Part shown: piece by piece, positions 27,670 to 40,016 of the stretch
How the letters are laid out: the number at the start of each line of letters is the position of its first letter
Numbering within the stretch: the first letter of the stretch is position 1
From: Felis catus
Lineage: Eukaryota
Assembly (NCBI RefSeq): GCF_018350175.1
Contig: NC_058382.1
Location: 50,408,001 to 50,472,000, forward strand
Length of the DNA stretch: 64,000 nucleotides
Direction of reading: 5' to 3'
The notes under the pieces: model-generated
The model's input: only the letters and a program-made list of their open reading frames with translations
Database searches by the model: none
What the model was told of the DNA's origin: nothing
Translations under genes and position numbers: made by a program

Positions 27670-28265
27670 GAATGTTCTCGGTGTGTTGACTGGCTCCGCT
27701 AAAGGCAAGACCTCCAGAAAATCGGGAGGCTTCGCCATCTCGCCCCTTCCCCCACCCACACTTCCAGAGGGGAGAAAGGGTTAAGGACTGTTGGAGAAGA
27801 GCGGGGCGGGGAGGGAGCCCCGAGGAGGCCTCGGAGCAGCAGGCCTCGTCTGCAGGTGCAGCTTCCATCAGCGGCTCGGCGCGCGGTGGGTTCTGAGCGC
27901 CGCTGTGAATTTGGAGGAGGGACCGCGGCCACGGTCGGGGACCGCCGCTGCGAGGAGTGGGCGTGGCCTGGTCGGTGTGGATGCTTGTTCGGAAAGATGC
28001 TGGGTGCTTTTCAGTGAGGAACCAGGGCTGTGTGGGGGGGAGCGTGTATGTGCCTGTGTGGGGAGCGTGTGTGTCTGTGTGTGTGTGTGTGTGTATGAGA
28101 CAGAGAGAGAGAGAAAGAGAGTGAGAGAGAGAAAGGAGGGAGAGCCACTGAGAGACCCAGAGGTGCTGAAGACCCAGACGGCACGGAGAGCCACTCACGA
28201 TCTTTTGGGGGAGCCCAGTAAATGTGAACATGGGGTCTGTCGCTGGAGCTGTCCTCAAGACGCTA
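27670..28265 (+). promoter_or_regulatory. CNTNAP4: CpG island: CNTNAP4 promoter and 5'UTR
   Basis: only dense CpG cluster in the window; GC box GGGGCGGGG near 27803; lies directly upstream of the coding exon; TSS cannot be fixed from sequence. Confidence 0.85.
28066..28144. repeat. (TG)n then (GA)n repeat within the probable 5'UTR
   Basis: seen directly. Confidence 0.9.
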
Positions 28266-28314
28266 CTTCTGTTATCTACTCAAAATTGGAACAGGGTTAT
28301 AGCTGGGAATTCCT
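28230..28314 (+). CDS. CNTNAP4: contactin-associated protein-like 4 (Caspr4), coding exon 1 (signal peptide)
   Basis: AACATGG Kozak context; translates MGSVAGAVLKTLLLLSTQNWNRVIAGNS+1 nt, matching the recalled human N-terminus MGSVTGAVLKTLLLLSTQNWNRVEAGNS(Y); followed by donor T|GTAAGT. Confidence 0.95.
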
Positions 28315-30459
28315 GTAAGTATACAGCAAATGATTTAAAACTTGCAGTGGTGGTGGTGGTGGGGGCTGTCTGCGAAACTTTAATTCTGTTGTTTTTATGA
28401 TTATTTTTTGCAACTGGAATTGCTGCAAAGCATATTGCTATAAATGAAGCCTCACTTAAAAATCCTGCGAATGTGACTTGCTTTACACATGTCTTTCTTC
28501 CTGGTCTGGTCAAAATATGCAAAGTGTCATTTCTTTTTTTTTTGTCCAGGAGCAGACTCTTATCCTCTCATCTTTGAATATTCATTGAATAAAGCTCAAG
28601 TTCTAGTAAAACATTAAATTAGCATCTTAACCAGGGAATCGCCTGTGAATGTCTTCATTTCTTCCTTTTTAAGGATTACTGAATTTTATTGGAATTATGT
28701 CTAACAGGAAAACAACTGGCATACTTCACATTATGCTGCATTAGCTTAGGTTTCTGAAGTTTGCATTGGCAGACTGCATCTTTAAAATGATGCCAGGCTG
28801 ATAACTGAAATGCACTGCAGAATTCAGGAGCAAAATTGGTGGAGGTGAACCTCAGTATTAAGAATTGTGCCCTCATTCCATATAGAATGAGATTTGAGTA
28901 CTCTTGAAAGAGGGGGCTTGATTCCTACAGTTTGCTTAAAGGAAAAACATTCAGGTGCTTTGTCAGAAGTATTAATTCTTAAAAGTATTATTTTTAACTT
29001 TATACATTTGTGGTTGAATATTCTAAGTTATTTGATTCAGGGAAGATTTATTAAGACTTTATTTCTTGTTTAAGTATCATCTGAAATAATTTGGCCGAAG
29101 TCCCTTCATCCACTTTTTATTGGAGATGGAAAAAGTTTTAAAAGTTATATTTGGCCTAAATCTCTAAATGGGAGAATTTCTATATCCTCCATGAATGATA
29201 AGTAAGCTCTGCAAATTCAACTTTTTACCTCTTTCTCTGATTTAAAAAGAAAAGCTCAATTGCTTTTCCAGAAAGGGCTATGAGGCCTGTTCAGGAATTT
29301 ATGCTGCTGCTGTATAACCAGGGTTACGTTTAGGGGATACGAACAAGCCAGTAATCAGGCATTTGCTGTGGCACATCCCTTGAGGACACTGAAGCACTTT
29401 GATGTGGGGAAAACATAATAAATGGCCCACCTGGCACAGGCCAAATGTCCCTTTTACACTGTGTGGCTACTGTGATGTCAGGTTTCCATGCAGTATTAGC
29501 TCATTTAATGGTATGGTGTATCTATCACTCTGCAAGAGGAGAACATCCCTCAGATGGCTGTCCTGTGTTTCAGATTCAGTTTTAATTTGGTTGTATAAGA
29601 ATTCCAGGAGACCAGAAAATTTGCATGTTTTCACCTAGTCACAGTCTTCGAATGCTGTCATGGTAGCATTTGACAAGCGTTGTAGTAGACAAACGGTAAC
29701 ACGACAGACACGCAGACCCCTGCACACAAAGTTTTGCAGAGAAGGCAGAAGTAATTCATCGTCCAACTACAGAAGTTCAACAAAAAAGGAAGGCACTAGA
29801 GGTCACTCTTACAATGTGAAGCACATCACTTGAAGCATCCTTCCCTTCAGAAAAGCAGAGCTGGAAGTCTGGCCTAGACACAGTCCTGTCTTTCCAAGAC
29901 ACTGCCTGCGTTTGGGTTTATAATGTGTGAGTGCGATTGATACTTGTTTTATTGATGGTTGTTTATGTTTGTTTTCTTGAAATCCAGTAAAAGGCACATC
30001 GACATGAAATAGCTTTCTTTTTGTAACGCATCTTTTAGTGTGTTTACTGAATACATCTCAGAGGAGCTGCTGAGACTTGAGGAGAGCAGGAAATTCAGGG
30101 GTGCTTAGCTTTGGCTGAGCCTCCGGCTGACACTTAAAATTCCAACTCCGGTTCTGTATTTTCTCAGCTTTCGTTTGTTCACGAAGTGGTTTAATGCTCT
30201 TCTAAGTATTTGAAAAACTTAAAGAACCTATAGAATTTTAAATTATTAGGAATTCTTTAAATATTAAAGTTGGAGTTCTTGCTTACCATATATATTGAGT
30301 TGACAGTCCTTAAAGTGTCAAAAATGCAGTAAGTGCCCTCATATAATTAACATTGCATGTAGTAATTTCTTGTTAATGTTACCTAGGTGGTATGATTTGC
30401 AGCAATATATATAAGAGAAAAATTCATTGCCTAATTTTTATTTTATTCTTTAATAGTTA

Positions 30460-30540
30460 GGTTTTTTTGTGTGTTTGTTTTTGGGTTTTTTGGGGTTTTG
30501 TTTTTGTTTTTGGGTTGTTTTTTTTTTTTTTTTTTTTTGT
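30460..30540. repeat. T-rich (GTTTT)n/poly-T tract
   Basis: seen directly. Confidence 0.9.
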
Positions 30541-32367
30541 AAGGAAGCAAGGTCTACTTACTACATAGGAGCTTCGTATCTTTTGTCTTGTTTAGAAGAA
30601 CAAGTGTATATGTTTCCCAGCAAGGTTGGGTTCAGTGTATGGACAAGTGACCATCAACCAGCTTAAACATTTTGAAAGTGTTAAAATAACTCCAGTAATT
30701 CTTCTGGACAAGACTTTGTGTTAAAACATGAATCAATCTCGGATACCAATATTAAAGTCAGGGAGAACTGAATATAAATAAAGAAAATTAAAGGTCGGTC
30801 TGCCAGGTGAATACAAAGACCTTCTCCCTTTATTTACAGCTGATTCACCAGGAGCAAATCAGTTATTCACTGAGTCAGCCCAAAACTATCCCGGGCTGCC
30901 AATGTGTAAGTTTTCATGGGACAGCACTCTGTAAACCAGGCACAGCTCAGGGATTAGATGCCCTTTAATTTGAATGTTAGATGGTCTAGTTAATCAACAG
31001 GGTGACTTTACATCAGAAGGGTTCTGTGCAGACACACACAAATATACATGTATGTATGTCTATGTGTATGCGCATGTGTATATATGTGTATAAATCTGTA
31101 AAAAACCACCGGCCCCATGTGTTCACACATATTTGGTGGCTCCGCTTACTCCTCTTACCTGTCTAAAGATGAAGTAGGTTGAATGGACCACATTCTTTGC
31201 CTACTAGCGCCCTACTTGGCACTTCAAAACCAGTGAATCAGCCCCAGGTCTTTCCTCTATGTTCTGGTCAAGACAGATTTGTGACTGTATTGAGGTGTTC
31301 CTTTCTTGAAAGTTTAGAGACGGATCCTGGTGGAAGGGCTTGCTGTTTCATACGTTGCACAGGCTGTTGGTTTCTTCACTTGCTACTAAGAGACATGCAC
31401 TGAGAAGGAAGACCTCTATTTTTATAATTGTTCTTATGGACTCATAGTTTCTTCCTGAACCCTAAGATGTTTTGGGGGGAGAGGCTGACTCACCACAAAA
31501 GAAGGAATGGGTGTATATACTAAGGCAAGTAAGAGTCCTGTTGTTATTTTTACTCTTGCAGATCATGTGATGAAGGCTTTCTGACCTCCTCCCCAGCCTT
31601 ACTTTGAAAATATTTAATGCTCACCAAGTAGCTTATGAATGACTTAATTAGAAGTTAAGTTCTTTCTTTTATCTAATTGAAAAAAAAGGCTTATCTGATA
31701 CCTACCCTAAGGGAAGCCTGCGAAGAATATGTTGAAATCAGCAATAGGTGAAGGTAATTCCTTGAGCAGATGATCACTTTTGTGGGCTTTGGGATGCTGT
31801 GTGAATGCAACTGGACAGATTCCCAAATTGTTCAAACTCCACCTTGTGATTCTTTCTCAAAGCTTCCTTCTTTTTCCTTCTTCTCCCAAGAATTTCTTTC
31901 CGTGGCAAAACAATAACTAGACCGTAACAGTGAAGTACTAATAAAATATAATTACATGACACAATGCATAAATTGCTGAGCTTTGGACATAGAAGTGAGC
32001 ATGCGCTTTGGCTTCCTTTTCTAGCAATGATACTAGTTTGTTTTCACCAGTTTGGTACATTCTCCCTACTTCTGATTGTAGGCATCCCCAGTAATTTCTA
32101 ATAAGGGCAGCCTCCACCTCCGGGGATAACGCAGCTCACAGCTAACATGGGATCAAAAGTAGGACTTCCACATGAAACATAGTGCTTACTCTAAGTGATA
32201 AACATCATTGTCTCCTGAACTTAATTGCAGAATTTGTATCAGATACAAACAGTTCCTTTAGGGGACCCAATCTCGGTATCAAGATGGAATTAATTTACCT
32301 CTTCAGTGAAAACAAGTTAATAGAATTGCATAATATCAATTGTCAGATAACGTAATAATATTTAGCT

Positions 32368-32707
32368 CAGAGGTTGGCGAGATATGGCCCAGTGGCCAAA
32401 TACAGCCCGGCCCGCTGCCTTGTTTCGTAGAGCCTGTGAGCTAAGGGTGGTTTTTATATTTTTAAATGTTTGGAAAAAATTAAAAGCAGAGTTCTTTGTG
32501 GTCCAAAAAAGTTACATGAAATTTCAATTTCAGTCATCCATTCCTCTCATTACTAGACCCGTATGGCAAAAATTTGTACTCAATTATTGTTACATTTTGC
32601 ATTTTATCAATAAAATGTTCTTAAAATTGATGTCCCTCTCTTTCTATAAAGACCTACATGATATTCTTTACTATCTGGCCTTTTATAGATAAAGTTCATT
32701 GACACTT
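32368..32707. mobile_element. MER58B-like hAT-Charlie MITE
   Basis: CAGAGGTTGGC...GGCCAAATACAGCCC...GAGCTAAGGGTGGTTTTTATATTTTTAAATG...TACTATCTGGCCTTTTATAGA. Confidence 0.75.
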
Positions 32708-35700
32708 AATTTAAGTAACATACAAAATAATGGTGAGACATGGGTCGTATATACATTATAGTTCTATGATAAAATTCAGTCTTAATTATTTAGCACAGAA
32801 ATATGTACTTGTGGAATCATGGTACTGAAAGTAATGCTAGTATTACCAGGAACTATTAAAGAGGAGACCTGCAGATTAGTATCTTCCTCGTGTGTTTCTT
32901 CTTCAAGACTTTCTCATTCAGAAATCTGTTATTTCTGAATAACATACAGGTACCAATTACTTGCAACTCTTTGTAAAGCTTCAGCATCTTAGATATTTTA
33001 AATGAACATTCTGTTGTTATTTTATACTTTCATGAGTGTAAATTATCCCATTCCATACTAATCAGAAACTTGCACTTGGAATCACTGATTGTATGAGGGA
33101 GATGATGTTACTGGAAGAGTGTTCTGGTCCCTATGACTTTTACAGTAGCAGCTTCCTACAAATTTTGAAATTGGCAAACTTGCTAGAATAAATTAAAAAA
33201 TAGATTTTCATTTAAGCACTCCCCACTGAGAATTCATAATAATTAAGCAGGTGCCTTTCACCTACTCATGCCAACATAATTAATTTTTATGTAAATGTCT
33301 TGTCCATTTGGAGTTGTATTTACTTTTAGTTTCCAAGAACTGCTCATTGGCCTCATTTTATTTACATTACCCTGTTTAATGTTTTTTTTTCAGTTAAAAA
33401 TTTGATGGAGCCTAACATTTTACAAATTCTTTTCACTCTAATTCCATTGTGACATTTTTTTCCAAAGTAAGTAGCCATATGTTAAAATACTTTATTTTTC
33501 GTAATTTTGTTTTTAATGGCTCAGCTTTAATGAAGAGTCCTGTCTTACCACCCAAAGACCAGTTTCCAAATCAAAGACAACCAAGGATAGTCTCACAGAG
33601 CTCCCTCCAATGTGACTTACTCTGGGTGTCAGCAAGAACTTCGGTGGAGCGCATGACTGCTGTGAACTGATGATGAGGGACAGTGACACTATCATTACAT
33701 GGCTGTGAATTTTTTCATAGTAGAGTATCAGTCTTGCTCCATAATTATCCATTTTTCTCCATTTGATCCCGTATGTAGAATTTGAGTTACTTTTACCTCA
33801 GATAAATCAATATTAGGGCCTTAATATTATCAACTAATGAATTCCACGACCTTTGGGTTGCCAGCTAGTCAGTTTACCTAAGTCCTCCATTCTCCTTTTA
33901 AAATCTCCACCTTTCCTCCTTGGTCATTAAAAGTTCACAGACCGACCCAGCCCCTGAAAACAGTAGGAGGAGTTATGAAAGCTTATCCAACATTGTTATA
34001 TACATCCCAGATATGTATAATTAGGTTGGTAGTGAATATCTCTGGTGAAATATTAAATAATGCAGGCTTTGATCTAATTTTTTTCAGTGGGCTGGTATTT
34101 CAATTCTTGCCTAGCTTATTTTTTAAAAATTTTTATTGATTCAGAAATTTTGGCCTCCATTACTTATTTAGTGTTTATCTAGAATTAGTGCTGTTTTTCA
34201 AGACAACGAGTATGGTAGAGAAGAGGAGACCTCTGGCAGAATATTTGCATAGAATAGGAGATGTTTCAAGAATTCGCTGCATTCACGAGGTGAAGTGAGC
34301 TGTGTTGGTGGTGGTGGTGATGGTGGAGTGAATTCTCAGAGAATATGTGGATAATTGTTTGAAGGGCGCTTTCAATTACGGACTTTTAGAAATACTCTTT
34401 AACAAACCAAGCTTTAAAAACAGGTCTTGAATTGTAGGATAAAATGCTAAGGTCACTTAAAAGAAAAGATCTAAGAAAGAGAAATAAATGCCCTGAACTA
34501 AGTGAGGACAAAAATTAGGGAGCTTTAGGAGACCCTATGATTATCACTGAAAGTGCTTCTAAAAGAATGAACTCATTGAAAAGCCTCACTTAACTAGATA
34601 TACTTAAATGAAATAATTTAGTCTGGAGATGTATGTTGTAATTTGAAGGCTTTGAGGGTTTTTTCTTAAAAACAGACTTAAAAATTTCTTGAGAAATAAT
34701 AGTTTAACCATAACTCTAAATGACAGTAAATTGCATTTCTAAATAACAGAAGTATCATTGACCATTGGATTATCTTCTTGACTGCTTTTTTAGGGAGAAA
34801 CTGATGTCTGAGGTTGCAACATTTACATTTTTTCCATGGGCTCTAAGGCTAGCTATCCACCTGTGTGCCTCAATTAGGTACACATGTATGTGTGTATGCA
34901 TATATGTATTTTTTTATTTGACTTCTCCAACCAGCTTTCCTTGTTTTTTAAACTGTGAATTTCAACCTTCCCCAATGCTGACTGCTCCAGAGTCCATTTG
35001 GTACAGACCAAATCTGATATGTTCCTGCACAAGTAAAGATACTTTTGTTTCCTAATTGATTTCTGGAGGGTAAAGTTTTTGTCCAAATGTCTTTTGCTGA
35101 AGTATTCACGTACATGGTACCTGAAACTACAGTGTTATGGAAACGTAAAGAATGTACATGTAAAGTGCATTTCAACTTCTCATTATTCCTTCAGTTCTCT
35201 TGAGGAAAATTGGTATATGAAGAGGAAGTGTATGTGTTTGCTTTGGTTTTGTTTTTTTCCCCCCTCCCCATGGATTTTTGTCATGGTTCATGGAAAAGTG
35301 GTACGCTGGTAATAAAATCAGAGACATAGCATAACAGGAGGTAAAATTGGGTCTGTTTATATTACAGTTAATGAGTCATTCCATTGTAATAATTGGGAAA
35401 GTGAGTGAAGCTTGAAAACATTTGACATTTTAAGTAGTTTAAAATTAGTAACTATAAAAGTTTTTAATGCCATAAGTATTTAATAGAGCAGTGATGAAAT
35501 TTACCTCTAAGGTTTTTAAATCACAAAGGAAAAAAATGGTATGATACGTATCAGTTGGCTATAGCTCTAATTACTTTTTTTATTAAGTACTTCTCATTAC
35601 TTGGCAGTGCTCTAGAATAAGATATTATGTGCTTCTAAATCATAAAAGGCATATTTGTTTCTGTGACCATTTTTTCCCCACTGGCAATTATGGTACTTAC

Positions 35701-36094
35701 AACTGAGGTCATAGGTGGGTATTGGTTTAGAAACAGCATGCAAATATATAAATTCACCTGCCTTCCTAAATTGCATTTATTGTATAGTTTCAAAGCAAAC
35801 TGTAACTTTTAATTTTATTACTTGATTTCCTCTGCAGTTATAACCTATATATGGAGATTTTTTAAAATGCCCTTTAAATAAGGGCACTGATAAACTCTTT
35901 TTGGAATTGGTTGCAAACCTTAGAGTTGGTAGATACCTGGATGATATTGAATAGATGTCTCAACTGAAGGACCCACACCTGAGAGCACCATGGTTTCCTG
36001 TCAACATGACCTTTGCTCTGTCAGACTCAAGAGAGAGATTTTTGGGAAAATTTGAGAAAGTGAAATTTCTCTCTGGGCTAATAATTGTGCCCTA

Positions 36095-36097
<3 letters not shown>

Positions 36098-36144
<47 letters not shown>
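36098..36144. repeat. (GT)n microsatellite
   Basis: seen directly. Confidence 0.97.
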
Positions 36145-36148
<4 letters not shown>

Positions 36149-36294
36149 AGATCTTCAGGACATCTTTAGTTTTCAAAGATATTGTTATGTGTTTGTCTTT
36201 TAAATTATATTGATCAGCCGATAGCCAAACAGAAAGAAGGAGCTAAATTGAAAATGGCCTGTAAGGGAAATAAGTTGCTGAGATGAAATTGTCA

Positions 36295-36368
36295 GTGCAT
36301 GTGTGCGTGTGTGTGTGTGTGTGTGTGTGCGCGCACGCGCATGCATGTGAGTGTGCACGCATGTGTGC
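36295..36368. repeat. mixed (TG/CG/CA) alternating purine-pyrimidine tract
   Basis: seen directly. Confidence 0.9.
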
Positions 36369-37613
36369 TCACGTGCTTATCTTGGAAGATACTCTTGGTG
36401 GGAATTGGGGAATGGTTCATATTGGTGGAGAAATGGAAAACATTGCCCCTGAGTGGCACATTTTTAACTAAGTAATGTTGGAGTATAGAATAGGATTCTT
36501 TATTTGTTGGTACGATACCAGAATAACTGTATGTGGGATTAAAAATTAGCAAGAGGTCTTTCTGGATTTAACTTCACCTCATCCCAAACAGAGGGGCAAT
36601 GTTGCTCTTTGGTGATCCCACAGTGCTTTATTTTCTAGGATATGACATGGAGAACTCACAGACTCGAACACTTAACTTCTAGCTGGTCCCACGTTGCTAG
36701 TCTTTCTGAACATGACAACGAAGGCAGAAAATGGCTGGAGAGATTTTGGCTTAAATGCCAGTAGATAAATTGAAGCAGAATGTAACTCTCGAAGACAGTG
36801 CAGTAAAGTGACACTGGTGCCAAGAGAAGGGCCTTATAAACAAAGTTTAACATTGTTCACATCATTCACTTTTATCTCTCGATTTTGGCTGATTTTAAAC
36901 AAAAAGAATCCATCTCTAAGGCGGGAAGCTCCGTGAAAGCTTAGCGATCCTCTTAATTAAGGATTTATAATACATATTTACATTTGCCATATTTTGGATG
37001 TTTAGGACTTAATTAAAAGAACACTGCTGAAATAAAAACAATTCTATCTTAAGTGGTGGCGAGGGAATATCGTGCGAGGTTATAAAGCTGCTCAGATAGG
37101 CTCTTTTGTTCCACTGTGTATATGATTTCTGTGCTTATTTGAAGTGTTGTGCTTTAACATGGAGTCTGTATTATAATCCTGTTAAGAAAACGTCAGGCAC
37201 CTGTGAAATGTCATAACACAATCTTTTAAGGATCATAAGATGTGTAGCCTTTCCTTAAACAAACAAAAGAGAGGATGATTTGGGAAAGGAAGTAGGCTAC
37301 ATTTAAGAAAGCAAAGAGCAAACAATGAAGGTAACATTTGGTTTCTTAAACTCATAGCATCCTATAGGACCTAATCACAAAACAGAACGTGGTGAAATAA
37401 AGTATCTCATAGTCAAATATCTATTAGAGAAATGGAAAAAGTGGGCTAATAAAATATGAGGTAGAATTTTAGGTACTAAGAATAAAATGATGATCATCAT
37501 AATTTGCTATGCTTGACATATAAAACTGAGCCATTTAGTGGTGTGGCCTTGTAAATGACCACATTCATTTCTTGAAAGCCTTGCTGTGTGCTTGCCTATG
37601 GAATGGTTTCTCT

Positions 37614-37663
37614 ACGCGCACGTGCGTGCGTGCCTGCGTGTGTGTGTGTGTGTGTGTGTGTGT
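37614..37663. repeat. (CG/TG)n microsatellite
   Basis: seen directly. Confidence 0.92.
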
Positions 37664-38199
37664 AGTTGCAACATGAAACAGATTAGCATGAAAAGAATGT
37701 ATGTAGTATTAGTAATCAGTGAAACATTCTCCAGAGAAGATGCTGGCAGTTCTCTGATTTTCTGAATTAGCAAAATTGAGCCTTGATCATTTTCCTTTTT
37801 CCTTCTCCTGGATTTGAGGATGATCTGGCTGTGGCATCTGTCATCTTACAGATTGCCAGGGTTGATTTGGCTGGTAGGACCAGTGCAGCAGCTGTCTCCT
37901 TCTTCCCTCATGACTTCCTGGGACTTCAGTTCCTTCCGTTCCACATCATGCGTGATTTTTAAATACTACACATATTATTGTATTTTTAAGGAAGCCTGCT
38001 GTAATACATTGATATCTTTAATCAACTTTAAGGTTTTATCGAAAAAGAAAGTAACTCCTGCCTTGTAGCACTATCTCATTGCTAGGTGTTTCCAACAGTA
38101 AGTTCAGCCTTATTAGCACAGCAAATATCTTTGTCCTCTGTATTCATCGATTGTTCCGTGTTCCTCTGTCTCAGCTGCTGTGTCTCTACCACAGGGCTG

Positions 38200-38582
38200 C
38201 CCCTCCCCATGTCCTCTGGCCTTTTTGACCTGGCCTTTACATCTGCTGTTCCCTTTGCCTGATGGCCATCAATCACTTCTCTCTAAATCCTCCTGAAAAA
38301 CGTCTACCTAAAGCAAACCCGACTTCCTTCCTCAGTGGAGTCTTCCCTGATCAAACCATCTCAACTGTCACCATCTTGGCAGATGCCCCGTAGCACCTTG
38401 CGTGCTCACCTATTCCTGCCCTGATCACAGACTCTCGAAGTGTGTTTTTAGAGAATATGTCTCCTTTACAAAATGGTGGAATCTTTGAAAGGCGAAGGTA
38501 TTATTTTAATCATTTCTGTGTCTGCAACACCTGGCACGGTGCCTGGAGAAAAGAGGATATTCGGTAAATGTGAAAAGAATAC
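38200..38582 (+). mobile_element. L2 3' relic
   Basis: GGCCTTTACATCTGCTGTTCCCTTTGCCTG, CTTCCCTGA, CACCTGGCACGGTGCCTGG...GTAAATG. Confidence 0.65.
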
Positions 38583-38696
38583 ACCAAAAGGTGACTTATC
38601 TGGATTTGTTTCACTTGAAACGCCAAAAAGAGAGGAGATGAACAGAATCAGGGTAAGCTGGAGCAATGTGTGTTTTTTAAAGATAAGATGTATTTT

Positions 38697-38905
38697 GGGG
38701 CCTCTGGTGTCTCAGTCGGTTAGGCATCTGACTTCGGCTCAGGTCATGATCTCACGATTAGTAGGTTTGAGCCCCATTTCAGGCTCAAAGCAGAGCCTGG
38801 AGCCTGCTTTGGATTCTGTGTCTCCCTCTCTCTCTACCCCTCCCCTGCTCGTGCTCTGACCCTCTCGCTCAAAAATAAATAAACATTAAAAAAATTTCTT
38901 TAAAA
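38697..38905 (+). mobile_element. Can-SINE
   Basis: head, body, AAAAATAAATAAACATTAAAAAAA tail. Confidence 0.92.
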
Positions 38906-39448
38906 AGATTACTTAACATTTTTATTTAGGAGACCATGTATTTTTCCTTTTAAAAAAAACCTTTTTTTGCCTTTGTATTTATCTCTGGTGTATTTCATTT
39001 AGATAGGCTGAGTACTTGATTCTCGTGTGTCGTAATCCACTAGAATGAATATCATCACAGCCAACCACTTCTTACTGGCTCTCGCTATCTCTATCTTCCC
39101 CTCCCCACCCCCTTTCATATTATAATTTGATAGGCCACTGTCTCACATCATGTTTGGACTAAGGACTCAGTGGACAGGCAAACACAAAACATCATGAGTG
39201 TAAAGTTCGAAGCGCGCCTGTCGCTGTCCGGGTCATCCTTGTGCCGCCCCATCTCTGCAGCACCTGCCAGTGATCTCCTCCAGTTTGGAAGTTGTACTAC
39301 AAAGTTGTTTTTGCATTCCAGAAAGAAATCTTCAACTTCTTCATCTATCTTGGACTTCAGTTTCTTTATGTTGGCTTGTATTTTACATTTTCTCATTTGA
39401 AGACTTTTTTCCTTTACGGAGGGTAGAAGAAAAGTAAAATTAGTTCTC

Positions 39449-40016
39449 TTTTTTTAATATGAAATTTATTGTCAATGTTTATAGCAGCACTTTTAACAAT
39501 AGCCAAATTGTGGAAAGAGCCTAAATGTCCATCACCTGATGAATGGATAAATAAATTGTGGTTTATATACACAATGGAATACTATGTGGCAATGAGAAAG
39601 AATGAAATATGGCCTTTTGTAGCAACATGGATGGAACTGGAGAGTGTTATGCTAAGTGAAATAAATCATGCAGAGAAAGACAGATACTGTATGTTTTCAC
39701 TCTTATGTGGATCCTGAGAAACTTAACAGAAGACTATGGGGGAGGGGAAGGAAAAAAAAGGGTTAGAGATGGAGGAAGCCAAAACATAAGAGACTCTTAA
39801 AAACTGAGAACAAACTGAGGGTTGATGGGGGGGTGGGAGGAAAGGGAGGGTGGGTGATGGGCATTGAGGAAGGCACCTGTTGGGATGAGCACTGGGTGTT
39901 GTATGGAAACCAATTTGACAATAAATTTCATATTTAAAAAAAAAAGAAATTGTGGTTTATATACACAGTGGAGTACTACGTGGCAATGAGAAAGAATGAA
40001 ATATGGCCTTTTGTAG
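39449..40016. mobile_element. compound felid L1 3'-end insertion (inverted stub, ORF2 end/3'UTR/polyA, duplicated ORF2 piece)
   Basis: ORF2 C-terminus MFIAALLTIAKLWKEPKCPSPDEWINKLWFIYTMEYY; TAGTTCTCT duplicated at 39441 and 40014. Confidence 0.93.

Noticed and set aside
27760..27778. CTCF-like motif in the promoter
   Set aside because: Three mismatches to the core consensus.
27611..28318. Long ORFs over the CpG island (215 aa minus, 175 aa plus, 108 aa minus)
   Set aside because: They arise from GC-rich, stop-poor DNA and dinucleotide repeats. The real exon is in another frame.
39469..39717. 82-aa ORF with convincing protein sequence
   Set aside because: It is the L1 ORF2p C-terminus in a truncated copy, not a host gene.
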